59,757 nucleotides of DNA, filler included, from Malassezia furfur (GCA_052055015.1; 2 parts of 2 records of this genome joined end to end with filler, not necessarily neighbours in it), one strand, 5' to 3'; positions 10,497 to 22,417 are shown, counted from the whole stretch's first letter. Notes: generated from the sequence alone by a model not told the origin. Translations and numbers: made by a program.

Positions 10497-10514
10497 CCAC
10501 GTGTATACACGTGG
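10497..10514. promoter_or_regulatory. Perfect 18-bp palindrome containing two CACGTG boxes, upstream of the proposed PMT2 start
   Basis: CCACGTGTATACACGTGG is its own reverse complement. Confidence 0.5.
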
Positions 10515-11142
10515 GAACGCAACAACAACACGCGTCGGTATACGGGACAGGACGCCTAAAGTGCAAAAGCGGCACGAGACACGCTGCAGCCACTCGGCTG
10601 GGTCTATAGTAATGAAACGAGTGGAGATCGACATCTTTACAGTCTAGTGATTGCCCAGATACTGGAACTCTGTTTGCAGCGTACCTGCACCACGCGTCCC
10701 TTTGAAACATTGTGCTGGAGGGTCGACACGCCTATGTACGTGGAACGGCCCAAGCATTCATAGAGACCGTACGCAGCTACACAACCACGTCACTTCCTCA
10801 CCGCGACCGCATGGCTCACTTTGTGCGCCGACGCATTAAATGCGCGCATGGGTCGCCCGGGCTCCTTTCTATTTCTTTCCTTAAACAGACCCAAGATTTT
10901 TCCGACTGGTGCCTGCGGAATCCGATTCGACCAAGCCTGGAATCCCATGTCCGGAATAATTAGGCCTTTCGGTTTTTTTTGTGGACCCTCGCATTCCTCC
11001 CAACCACCAAACCAATGAGTTGGCACCTGTCCAACCGAAGTGGCATTTTAATTTTCTCACGTGGAGGTAAGCTCGTGGGGAGTCGTAGAGTCGTAGCATT
11101 TTGCCCCTACTTGCGTAGCTGAGGAACGTTGGGAGCCTCGAC

Positions 11143-12617
11143 ATGTCTTCCGAGAACGCGGCTCCTACTGAGCCTGCACCAGCGCTACCATCTTCGGCTG
11201 CGCCCTGCTGCAATTGCACACCTCCATGCACGCACCCACATGATGCTATCGGTGGGGCCTTCTATGAAGATCCGGAGCGGTTTGCGCAACCTCAGTCGCT
11301 CCTCAACCGTCCGCCGCCACAACAACCATGGCACCGGCGTATCATGGCGGAGTGTGAGCGTATTACGATGAATTTCCCACCAAGTTGGTTCACAGTGGTC
11401 ATGGGTACGAGCATTTCGTCGTCACTGCTGTATGCCTTTCCCTATCAAGCCCGGTGGCTGCACTGCACTACCTCTCGTACATCGTTCTTGCCCTGGCCGT
11501 CTCCTTTTTCATCTTGTTCCTTACGATAAGTCTGGTGCGCTATATCCGCTGGCCCAGTCTGATCCGGTTGATGCTGCAGCACCCGCAACAATCCATGTTC
11601 CTGGGCGCGTTTGCCGTCGGCTTCGATGCCGTGGTCAATCTGTGTGCGACGATCATCTGCCCGCACTGGGGCTACAACTTTACCCTGTTTGTTTGGGCGC
11701 TGTGGATGTTTGCGTCGGTTGTGAGTCTGGCTGTCGGTATTGGCATGCCCATCATCCAATTCACCCGACACGAACATACACTATCGACCGTCACTGGTGT
11801 CATGCTGCTTCCGGTAGTGGGCCCAATCGTCGCTGCAGCGGCAGGTGCGAATATCGCAGATGTACTGCCACACGCACATGCACGTTTCACCATTTGTGTC
11901 TCCTATATCATGCTGGGGACCGGCTTTACAATGGCGATGCTGACCCTCGCTATGTTCTATGCGCGCTTGACGATCCACAAGATCCCACAAGCTGCACTGA
12001 CCGTGACCATTTTCCTGCCGCTCGGTCCTCTGGGGCAGAGCAACTATGCGCTACTGCGCCTTGCGACCGTATTGCTGAAGCTCACACGCGAATCGGGGGC
12101 GGCGTTTGTAGCCCCGTCCGAGTTCCTTCCGAGCGAAGCGCAGATGATGGCGTTTGCCGTGTATGGCATGTCGATTGCGATAGGGCTCATGCTGTGGGGC
12201 TTTGCACTGGTGTGGCTGATCATTGCCGTCAGTCTCCTCACAGACATGTGGCTCGTCTCGAAGCTCACATTCAACCTCGGATGGTGGGGCTTTACATTCC
12301 CTCTTGGCACGTTCTGTGCCGCGACCGGACAACTGGCCAAGATGTTCAACTCGGAGGCATTCCGCGTGCTGGGTTCCTTCTTCACCGTATCCGAGGTCGT
12401 GCTTTGGCTCGGGATCCTGACCATGACCCTGTATCGCGCCATCCAGGGCGAGATCTTTGTTGCTCCGTGCTTGCTCGAGGCAGGCGGTACGCCGCCTAAA
12501 GGCGGGTGCTTCTCGCTCGAGCGGCGTTACGAATACGAGCCGCGCAACCCTGCGCGCGCCAAGAAGAGCGCGCCTGTCGAGAAGACGACATCAACGGATG
12601 ATTCGAATCAATCGTAG
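11143..12617 (+). pseudogene. SLAC1/TDT-family anion exporter (Ssu1/Mae1-like), copy A, frameshifted as assembled
   Basis: NFPPSWFTVVMGT, IFLPLGPLGQ, GWWGFTFPLG. Frame broken by a duplicated CTGCA (11458-11467) where the paralog reads RWLHYLSY. Confidence 0.75.
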
Positions 12618-13019
12618 AAACTTTGGGCTAACGGGTATTCCTTGAATAGCAACAGACATTTTGACTGCTTCTCTGGACGGACGCGGCTGGGAGCTTCTCC
12701 GCATTGTCAGCCGCATGTCAAGGTGTCGTTCCACTTTCGCCACGTGCGACAAATCCAACTTGCATAGGACCTTGGTCGTTTCGACGTACCGTGGCCAGCG
12801 GTGATTCGGGCTGGGAACCTTCAATTTCAACGTCTTAGGAAGCCCAGATAACTTGTCGTACTACATGTGTTTGGTGCATTTTTTTTGCCTCCCATTTATG
12901 ACGCGCCAACGCGCCCCTCAACCCTAGCGAGATGAATTAAGTTGGCCCATGCGACGTCCCGAACACGGTTCTCCACGTGCAATCCAGATCTCAATTTTGT
13001 GAACGCGGGAGGGCCAACG

Positions 13020-14306
13020 ATGAAGCAGGCCCGGCCTTCATCCCAGGAGCAAAGGGGTGTATTGGAGAGCGCACAAGAAGATGTTGACGTTGAGCGCACT
13101 GATGGCGATTGGTCGCAAGCAGGAACGGGTAGAGACGACAAGACTTGGCGAAATCGAATCAGTGATGAAGCCAAGCGAATGAGCAAGAGTTTCCCGCCCA
13201 GTTGGTTCATGGTTGTGATGGGTACGAGTACCACATCAGCACAGCTGTTTAAATTCCCTTACCAGGCAAGATGGCTGCATTATCTCTCCTACATCATCTA
13301 CGGGCTCGCCATCTTTTTCTTTGTGTTGTTTGTGGTGCGCGCCCTCATCCGGTGTATTCAACAGCCGCGCGTTGTGCGCTATTTCCTTGACCATCCTGAA
13401 AAGGCCATGTTCCTCGGGGCGTTTTCCATTGCCTTTGCGTCTATTATTGATTCGTGCGCAACGATCGTCAATTCGACGTGGGGGTACAACTTTACGCTAT
13501 TTTTATGGGCCATGTGGATGGCGGCCACGATCTTGAGCTTGGCCATTGGCGTGGGGTTACCCATCGTACAGTTTACGAGCAGCGAGGTCATGGAGTCGAC
13601 CACGAGCGGCGCCATGCTGCTTCCCATGATCGGCCCGATTGTTGCGGCTGGTGCAGGTGCGGCCCTGGCTGAATTGCTACCGCCGGCCCACGCACGCTTT
13701 ACGATCTGTGTGTCGTATGTGGTGATGGGGACTGGGTTTGTCATGTCTTTGTTGACCTTGGGTCAATACTTCAATCGCCTGTTGGCGCACGAAATCCCCA
13801 TGTCGGCCTTGACGACGACCATTTTCCTGCCATTGGGTACGTTGGGGCAGTCCAATTTCTCGCTACTGCGTCTTGCACTGGAGCTGCTCCAGCTCACGCG
13901 GAAGTCGGGCGCCGCCTTTGTGGGCATCTCGGAATTCCCCCCTGAAAACGCCGAGACGATGGCCCTGAGTGTGTACGGAGGGTCAATTGCCATTGGCCTG
14001 ATGATCTGGGGCATGTCTCTCTTTTGGCTGATCATTGCAGTGAGCATGCTGGTCGATATGTGGCGTGTCTCGCGGCTGTCTTTCACTGTGGGGTGGTGGG
14101 CGTTTACGTTCCCGCTCGGCACGTTTTGCGCCTCGACGTCGATTTTGGCCGCCATGTTCAACTCGGAGGCGTTCCGAGTGATGGGTAGCATGTTTGCTGT
14201 GTCGGAAATTGTCGTGTGGCTGGGCGTACTGTTTAGGACGCTCTGCATGCTATTCCAGGGTGATATTGTGTCGCCCTGTCACGCCGACGTCGAAAAAGAT
14301 TCCTAA
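13020..14306 (+). CDS. SLAC1/TDT-family anion exporter (Ssu1 sulfite efflux/Mae1-like), copy B
   Basis: Intact intronless ORF: SFPPSWFMVVMGT, IFLPLGTLGQ, GWWAFTFPLG; about 10 hydrophobic segments; colinear with copy A. Confidence 0.9.
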   Translation: MKQARPSSQEQRGVLESAQEDVDVERTDGDWSQAGTGRDDKTWRNRISDEAKRMSKSFPPSWFMVVMGTSTTSAQLFKFPYQARWLHYLSYIIYGLAIFFFVLFVVRALIRCIQQPRVVRYFLDHPEKAMFLGAFSIAFASIIDSCATIVNSTWGYNFTLFLWAMWMAATILSLAIGVGLPIVQFTSSEVMESTTSGAMLLPMIGPIVAAGAGAALAELLPPAHARFTICVSYVVMGTGFVMSLLTLGQYFNRLLAHEIPMSALTTTIFLPLGTLGQSNFSLLRLALELLQLTRKSGAAFVGISEFPPENAETMALSVYGGSIAIGLMIWGMSLFWLIIAVSMLVDMWRVSRLSFTVGWWAFTFPLGTFCASTSILAAMFNSEAFRVMGSMFAVSEIVVWLGVLFRTLCMLFQGDIVSPCHADVEKDS

Positions 14307-14432
14307 CAAGGGACACTTCCACCCCCAGGGGTTGGTTTTGGTTGCTATGGGACGTGTAAACCCGGTACCCTGTGGGCCAGGTGCGCTGCAGGGCATGCGC
14401 GATACAAGAGGACGCGTGCGCGGGTGGGCCCA

Positions 14433-14933
14433 TTACAACCACGCAAACTGGTCCCACGACAGGGGGGTAGTCCTGTCCGGCCCGAATGCGGCCGGTCCAA
14501 AAAATACATCGCGGAGAGGCGTCGACGTTGGCGACGGAGTGCGCGGCTCGGCCTCGAGTGCCTCACATGCGCCCTGGGGTATCCCGTCCAAGCGGGGTTT
14601 TGCCGGATACACGGGCAAGGCCTGCAGGGGGGGAGCGTACCAGGGTGTACGATCGCAGGCGGCCTCGAGCAGCCGCAGCTGCGTCTCCAGTCCGGAACAC
14701 CGATCCTCTAGCCGCTGGATATATTTTTCGGGATCGGCGGGTATGCGGGGCTGAATGGAGCGGCTGCATGTCACGTTGGCCCGCGTGCAGGACGCGCATT
14801 GTGGCCAGTGGTCATCGCAACGTCGTTTGGTGCTGCGGCACCGCTCACATGCCTGGGAGGCCCGCTTTCGATACGGCGGTGTACACGCAAGCTCCCGCGA
14901 GTGGTTCCGCTTATGGTTGGTATGACCAAGCAT
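14433..14933 (-). CDS. Small Zn(II)2Cys6 transcription factor
   Basis: RKRASQACERCRSTKRRCDDHWPQCASCTRANVTC followed by a dimerisation coil YIQRLEDRCSGLETQLRLLE; about 166 aa. Confidence 0.85.
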   Translation of the reverse strand: MLGHTNHKRNHSRELACTPPYRKRASQACERCRSTKRRCDDHWPQCASCTRANVTCSRSIQPRIPADPEKYIQRLEDRCSGLETQLRLLEAACDRTPWYAPPLQALPVYPAKPRLDGIPQGACEALEAEPRTPSPTSTPLRDVFFGPAAFGPDRTTPLSWDQFAWL

Positions 14934-15389
14934 CGCGCACAACGTGGTAAACAGGACGGTGAAACCGGCGTGCGGTCCGCTTGGCAATCTGTATAGTCTG
15001 TTTGGCCTGATATAGCCCGCCGCCGCAGGTCGCAACGCGTCATGCTGTATGCAAGTGGATCGGCCCGAGCCGTAAGCCCCCTTGGTGTCACGCGCTGCTC
15101 CCGACCATTACGGCCGCACAGATGGGGAAGCGAGCACGCGCGTGTCCCGTGCGGGGTCCGATGGGTCGCGGCCCTTGCAGAGACCGCGATGAGAGGCCGA
15201 CACCGTGCGGGCCGCACCAGTCGCGCTGTGCTCCCCCCCACTTCCGCGGACTCGTAATCATTTTTGGACCTGCGCTAGATCTGTGGAGGATCCAAAGCGG
15301 CTATAGTACTAATGGTGCGCTATGCGCAATCGACGATACGGCCAAGGACCGCTCCCTCTCCCGCGCAAGCGAACGCGCAAAGGACGAGA

Positions 15390-16673
15390 TTAGATCAGGT
15401 CTGCGACGTTCAGAGGCATCTCCTCGACCTGGGTGTTGTAGAACTGCTCGATGTCGCGCATCATGCGGACGTCCTCGTCCGTAACGAAGTTGATGGCCAC
15501 ACCCTTACGACCGAAACGACCACCACGACCGATACGGTGGATGTAGTTCTCGCGGTTGGTCGGCAGGTCGTAGTTGATGACCAGCGAGACCTGCTGGACA
15601 TCGATACCACGCGCGAGCAGGTCGGTGGTGATCAGCACACGCGACGAGCCCGAGCGGAACTCGCGCATAATGACCTCACGCTGCTGCTGGTCCATGTCAC
15701 CGTGCATCGCCGAGACGGTGAACTCCTTGGCGTGCAGCTGCTCGGTGAGCCAGTCGACCTTGCGGCGGGTGTTGCAGAAGATGACCGCCTGCGTGATGGT
15801 CACCGTCTCGTACAGGTCGGTGAGCGTCTCAAACTTCCAGTCCTCCTTCTCGACGGCAATGTAGAACTGCTTGATACCCTCAAGCGTCAGCTCATCACGC
15901 TTGACGAGAATGCGGACAGGGTCACGCATGAACTTCTTCGTGACCGCCAGCACCTCCTCGGGCATCGTGGCCGAGAGCAGCACGACCTGGGTGTCCTGCG
16001 GGAGCAGCTGGAACACCTCGTACATCTGGTCCTTGAAACCACGCGAAAGCATCTCGTCCGCCTCGTCCAAGCAGAACATCTTGAGGTGGTCCGTACGGAA
16101 CGCACGGCGGTTGATCATATCGTACACACGGCCGGGCGTACCGACCACAACCTGGGCGCCGTCACCGAGGCGCGCCATATCCTCACGCACATTGGTACCA
16201 CCAATGCACGCGTGGCACTGAATGTTCATGTAGTCACCCAGCGCCACCACGACGTTCTGGATCTGCTGCGCCAGCTCACGGGTGGGGGCCAGCACCAGCG
16301 CCTGGACCGCCTTGAGGTTGGGGTCGATGCGCTGCAGAATGGCGATCGAGAAGGTCGCCGTCTTACCCGTACCCGACTGGGCCTGGGCAATCACATCGTG
16401 GCCCTTGATGATCGGCACGATGGCGCGCGACTGAATCGCGGAGGGGCGCTCGAAACTGGCATAAGTCACTCCGTTTGCTCGACGTACCCGTATGCGAAGA
16501 CACCACGGAGGAGCTCGGGGGCGAGGCCCATGTTGTCGAAGTTGTCGTGCACCTCATCCCAGTTGGACTGGATCTCACCATCGGTGATCTGCACGTCCGA
16601 GGCAGGGGGCTGCTGCGTCTCCTCAGGCCTGCACGGTTAGTCGCGCGCACGCAGCGCATACGTACTTAGACAT
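15390..16673 (-). CDS. TIF1: Translation initiation factor eIF4A (DEAD-box helicase)
   Basis: [32 protein letters not shown] 16673; introns 16629-16665 and 16456-16487. Confidence 0.98.
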
Positions 16674-16912
16674 GTTGTTCAAAAGTTGCTCAGAAAAACT
16701 CCTTCACACAGAAGAAGTCGTACGATCAGAAGGGTTTAATTCAACGGTGCACCAAGAGCACCTGCTGAAGAAAGCTGTAGGGAACCTGCGCTCGCCACTA
16801 GCGGGTGAAATTTTCACTGGAATACGCAAACTATTTTCCGGGTTGCCCCGTCGTCTTCGCATGCACTCCCACGTGATTCATGCACGCGTCATTCCCACGT
16901 GTCGACCCCGCT

Positions 16913-18094
16913 TTAGTCGTCCCAGCCGTGCATCCGGCCCCGGGGGGCACGGACCGAGCCACGCCCGCGGATACGCGCGTCCTCGCCGGCATCGCGGCCG
17001 GGCGACGCAGAACGGCTGCGACGCCGCGAGCGCCCGTCGTCATCCTGCCGGCTCGTGCCGATCCGGTCCAGCAGCGAACGCGGCGTATAGTCCTCGTCGT
17101 CCCAGGCATGCCCCGCACCACGCAGCTCCTCCCGCGGCTGCGTGTACGGGTCGTGCTCCTCGTAGCGCCGCTCTGACGGGAAGAGCTCGTCCCGGCCACG
17201 GCGCCGGCGCCGGCCGCCGGCGTGCTCGCCCACATTCAGGAGACGCGGCACCACCTCCTTGCCCGCACCACGCCCATGCTGCCGGTACCAGTTGCTTCGC
17301 TGTGCAGAACGCGGCGCTTTGGTATCATGGTGCGTAAGCGCGAAGCGGATCCATAGACTCTGTCGCAGCTGCTTGATGTGGCGCAGGTCGCGCGAAAACG
17401 TCTTGCGCTCCAACTCCTCGAGCTCCATGTCGCGGTAGATCTCGGGCACGGGCTCCGTGCCGCCGTCGAGCCGCGCACGCGCCTCGGCAAGCTTAGCCTC
17501 TGCCTCTGGAAGCTCAGCGAGCGACTGCTGCTCAATGGTATTGTACAGTTGGCTCGGGAAGGCCATCGCGAGGCGCGGCGTCAATAGCGCCGCTTGCGCC
17601 TCGTTCAGCGGGCCCTCAATTGCGTCGGCAGAAGCCAACTCGGACGGCTCGGGCGGCGCTGGCTCATCGTTCATCTCTGACTCGCTCCGCGGCAGCTGTA
17701 TCCGCTGCAGGCCGGCGAGCGCGTCGCCGTACGAGTCAAACACCAGCACACAGCGCGTGTCGCTGATCCATTCGATGCCGCGCGCACGCGAGCCCGTGTG
17801 CGCGACGTAAGCCATCAGGCGTGAAGTCGACAGCTGACTGATGGGCTCACCCTCCAAGTGCAGTGCCTCGATGCGCAGCTTTTCGCCGCTTTCAAATGGA
17901 GGACGCGGGGGAGCCACGCCGGGTTCCGGAATTTCCTGCTCTTGCGGCTTGTCCGTCACTTCCTCCTCGACACGCTCTGCCGCCGCGTCGCGTGCAAGCT
18001 CCTCTGGGATCTCATACAGGATGCGGCGAGGGCCTTCGGCCTCCTCCTGCATCGAGGGCGCGTCCTCGCGCGTGTTCATCACGTCTTCGTCCAT
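16913..18094 (-). CDS. Nuclear cap-binding protein subunit 3-like (NCBP3/DUF2414)
   Basis: EALHLEG...LSTSRLMAYV...IEWISDTRCVLVF and LWIRFA...D.K...S.WY motifs. Confidence 0.8.
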   Translation of the reverse strand: MDEDVMNTREDAPSMQEEAEGPRRILYEIPEELARDAAAERVEEEVTDKPQEQEIPEPGVAPPRPPFESGEKLRIEALHLEGEPISQLSTSRLMAYVAHTGSRARGIEWISDTRCVLVFDSYGDALAGLQRIQLPRSESEMNDEPAPPEPSELASADAIEGPLNEAQAALLTPRLAMAFPSQLYNTIEQQSLAELPEAEAKLAEARARLDGGTEPVPEIYRDMELEELERKTFSRDLRHIKQLRQSLWIRFALTHHDTKAPRSAQRSNWYRQHGRGAGKEVVPRLLNVGEHAGGRRRRRGRDELFPSERRYEEHDPYTQPREELRGAGHAWDDEDYTPRSLLDRIGTSRQDDDGRSRRRSRSASPGRDAGEDARIRGRGSVRAPRGRMHGWDD

Positions 18095-18227
18095 GCTCGC
18101 GGAAGCGAAGGCGTCTTCTGACTAAGCAAAATTGCTGGCGATAAAGCTCGCGTAGACGCGTTTCGTCGCCTGATAAGCCGGCGAGCGATTCGAATTCATC
18201 GCTTGTGCCTGGGACGCTGTGACCGCA

Positions 18228-21200
18228 ATGAGCACACACCGGACTTCGGGCAGTAGAACCATCTCGGGAGCTCCTCCAGACCAGTATGTGGACCTGGAGA
18301 GCTCCCAGGAGGCCGGCATGGCGAGCTTCTCCCAGCAGGCCTCGTCGTTCAGCGCGTTCGAGGGTCGGAGCTACCGGTTCCAGAATGTGCTTGCGGAGAG
18401 CCGTACGCGTCCCGGTGGATTTCAGCCTTCTTCGTACACGGCGAACACAGAAGACATCCGTGACGATACCGCCGAGCTGGGCGACATGGCGATCAGCTCG
18501 GACGACGGAAACCTGAGCGCTTTCTCGAACTACGAACAGGGACAGCCGTCGTCCAGCAAGCCTAAGGACGCCTCGTCCAGTCCGTGGATGCGTCCATTTA
18601 TGGGCTGGGGCCAGCGGCGCCAGGAGTACCGCAAGGAGTCGCCCATCGAGGAAGAGGCAGAGACGCCCAAAGGCGAACGCCATGCGTCGCCCAAGACGGG
18701 CTACTTCCAATCCACGACCTCGCCGGCAGTGTCTCCGTCCAAGCCCGATGAGGAGGGCCCATTGCTCCCGCCTGGCGCGGGTGCGACCGAGTCCAACTAC
18801 GGTACGCTGGACGACATGCAGCAGCACGTCGAGATCGAGAACCAAAAGCGGGTCGTTGCCGGGGACGCGGCGCTCGAGGCGGTGAGCACGCAATGGACCA
18901 CGATCCGGGAGGAAATGGCGGCCATGGCCAGTGCGGCGCGTTTGCCGCGCGATTTCCGCTCGCTGTACCGCAAGGCAAAGAACCTCGTGGGCACCGACAT
19001 GGGCACCATCTGCATGGAGCCCTTGCGCCAGATCCCGGCGGTGGTGCTTGGTCTGTTGCTCAACATTCTGGACGGTGTGTCGTACGGCATGATCACGTTC
19101 CCCACGTCGAATGCCATCTTTGCCGAGTTTGGCGGCGACGGTGTGTCGATGTTCTTCATGACGTGTGTGATTGCCCAGATTGTCTATACGTTGGGCGGTT
19201 CCATTTTCAAGGGGGGCAACGGCAGCATGATGATCGAGGTGGTGCCGTTCTACCACATTCTCGTCCAGGTGATTGTCAAGGTGGTCGGCGAAGACAACCC
19301 CAAGGCGATCATCGCCACGACGATGGTCGCTTTTGCGCTGTCGTCGCTGCTGACCGGCCTTGTGTTTTTGCTGCTGGGCACGCTGCGGCTGGGCGTGATC
19401 ATCAGCTACTTCCCGCGGCACATTCTCGTGGGGTGCATCGGCGGTGTGGGCGTCTTCCTGATCGAGACCGGCCTGGCCGTCGCCGGGCACATTGAGGAAG
19501 AGGGCGGCTTCAAGTATGACCGCACCTCGTGGGATGCACTCACGGCGAGCGGGCAAGTGTTTGCGCAGTGGTCCATCCCCCTGTTCCTCGCCGGGCTGCT
19601 TAGCTTCATCACGGCGCGCATCCACCACCCCCTCGTGCTGCCGGCCTACTTTCTGCTGATCCCCGTGGTGTTTTACGTGATTGCCATGGGGATCTGCGGT
19701 ATGAGCCTGCAGGACCTGCGCGAGACGGGGTGGGTGTTTGATGTGGGCAGCACGGCGAACGCGCCCTTCTACCGGTACTTCAGCTACTTCGACTTCCGCG
19801 AGACGAGCTTCGAGGCCCTCTGGGCCACGCTGCCGTCGCAGCTCGCGCTGGTGTTCTTCGGCATTTTGCACGTTCCGCTCAACGTGCCCGCGCTGGGTGT
19901 CAGTGTCGGCGAGGACAACGTCGACACGGACCGCGAGCTAATTGCGCACGGTGTGTCGAACATTGCGGCGGGCATGTTTGGCACCGTGCCCAACTACCTG
20001 TGCTACGTCAACTCGGTGCTCTTTTACCGCGTCGGCGGCGGCTCGCGGCTGAGCGGCATGATGCTCGCCGGCGCGACGGTGCTGGTGATGCTGCTCGGCC
20101 CGGGCATGATTGGGTATTTGCCGGTGATGGTGGTCGGCGCGCTGATCTTTGTGCTGGGCATTGACCTGGTGCGCGAGGCACTGCACGACACGATCGGCCG
20201 CGTGAACCGCCTCGAGTACCTGACGATCGTGGTGATCATTGTGGTCATGACGTGGTCCGACTTTGTCGTGGGCAGTTTGGTCGGCATGGTGCTGGCGTGT
20301 CTGTTCTTTGTGATGCAGACGTCGCGGCGCAACGCGGTGCGCTCCGTGTTCAACGGGCACATGGCGCGCAGCACCGTGCGTCGGCACGCGGCACAGCGGC
20401 GCTTCCTCGACGAGGCGGGCCGCCAGACGGTCATCTGCAAGCTGCAGGGCGCGCTCTTCTTTGGCACGATCAACTCGGTGGAGCAGCTCATCCGCCAGAT
20501 GCTCGACATTGCCGCGTGGAAGCACAGCCCGATGCGTTTCCTGGTGATGGATTTCACGCAGGTGAACACGATCGACTTCTCTGCGGCCGAGGCCATGACT
20601 CGCATCCACCGCATGCTCAACTCCAAGGGCGTGTTGCTGGTGCTGTGCGGCGTCCGCGCCGAGAGCGACGTGGCGATCGCGCTGCAGAACGTCGACCTGT
20701 GGACCGACCTGAGCCTGCACCTCGAGGTGTTTGCCTCGCTCAACGAGGCGCTCGAGTGGACGGAGAACGAGTACCTCCGCGGGATGTACGCGTCGGGCCT
20801 GTCGGCAGGCCATGCGCTGGGGCGCGTGTCGCTGTCGGACAGCACGGCGCTGCGTGTGCCGACGCGCAAGCCCGTGCTCAAGATGGACGGCGAGCCGATC
20901 AACTCGCCGCGCTACGAGCACCTGCACCAGGCGGCCAAGACGGCGTCGCAGGCGTTCGGCGAGCGGCGCGACCCGAGCCCGGCCGGGAAGCGCTCGCGCT
21001 CGCGCGACTCGGAAAAGAGCAGCGCGTCGCGGGCCTACTCGCTGCTCGCCGCGACGCTCGGGCCGTTTGCGGGCGACGGCAACTTTGACTCGGTGTATAA
21101 GCGCACCGCGAAGGAGCTCAAGGAGATGACCGTTGTCGCGGGCACCGAGCTGTGGGAGCGCGGCGACCAGCCCGATGCATGTACGTGTGTGCGACTGACC

Positions 21201-21508
21201 CAGTGTACTTTATCGAATCCGGTATCCTCAAGGCGCGCTACGTCTTCCCGCAGGACAACTACGAGATCAACGAGGCGATGCTTGCGGGCACCATCGCCGG
21301 CGAGCTCTCGTTCCTCTCACAGCAGCATCGCAACTCGACGGTGACCGTCGAGAAAGACGCCAAGGTCTGGCGCCTGGACGGCGAGTCGCTGCGGCGCATC
21401 GGGCAAGACAGCACCGAGGACTACGCCCAGCTCGTCCAGGCACTGCTGCGCGTCACGGCGGACGAGCACGACTGTCTGATGTCCTACCTCGTCTCACGCC
21501 TTAGCTAG
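18228..21508 (+). CDS. SulP/SLC26-family transporter with STAS and cNMP-binding-like domains (Vsb1/YGR125W-like)
   Basis: LLLNILDGVSYG, GSMMIEVVPF, NYLCYVNS, STAS LQGALFFGT, C-terminal cNMP-like domain. Intron 21181-21203 joins the two ORFs (PDA/LYFIESG). Confidence 0.92.
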
Positions 21509-21534
21509 ACTCTGTAATGTGTACCGCATAGCGA

Positions 21535-22417
21535 CTAGTGCCAGTCGTCGTCGTCATCGTCGTCCACTGCCGCAAACGACAGCGTCTCGACGCTCCCGTG
21601 GCCCTTGGCGTCCTCCTCGATGAGCGTATTGATCTGCCGCAGCGAGCCCGGCTCAATCGTGCCGACCAGCTCCCACTCGTCCGAGTAGTCCTCGTCCTCG
21701 ACGTCCTCAAAGAGCGCCACCACCTTGTCCTTGAGCCGCTTGCCGTCCTTCGGCGACATGGTCACCCGCACGCGCATCCTTGCGCGCTGGATCGGGATCG
21801 TGTTCTTCGCCTGCAGCAGCTTGAGCACGTCGAGTGACTGGCTCTTGGCCGACTTGCCCGTCTTGACGCTGTAGTGCACCTCCTTCATCGCCTTCTCGAT
21901 CATCCCCACCGTGTACGGCTTCTGCGACGCCGGTTCCACGCACGACTGCGCGAGCTGCGTCGCGATTTCGCGCCACAGGTTCGTCAGCTCGTGCGAGCGC
22001 TCCTTGTCGCCGACCTGCAGCTCGCCCTTCTTGAGGATCTCGATGATGATCTCCGAGACGTTGGTGGTGCCAAACGCCTTGTTCAGGTCCTCGTTCGGCG
22101 CCACCTGGCCTTTCGACACGTTCAGGAACACGTTCTCAATCTGCACGACCTCGTCCAGGTCTTTCTCGCTGCGTCAGTGCGCACACGTACATCCCCGCGC
22201 GCCACTCGCGCACCTTGTTTTTGTAGCACGCAATCTGCGTCAGCCGCGCCGCCGTACCTCGAATCGCTTGCCACCCCGGCGGTAGCGCACGAGCGACACA
22301 TTCGTGAGCCTGGCGTCAGTTGCAGCCCACGCACTTGATATTCGTCGCCGCTGCGTCAGAGCACACACGTACGCTGGTTGATCCTGCGGTCAGTCACGCG
22401 CCCCTGACGTACACCAT
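21535..22417 (-). CDS. SDO1: Ribosome maturation factor Sdo1/SBDS
   Basis: Removing introns 22384-22412, 22351-22372, 22310-22334, 22235-22257 and 22169-22190 gives [57 protein letters not shown]. Confidence 0.97.
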
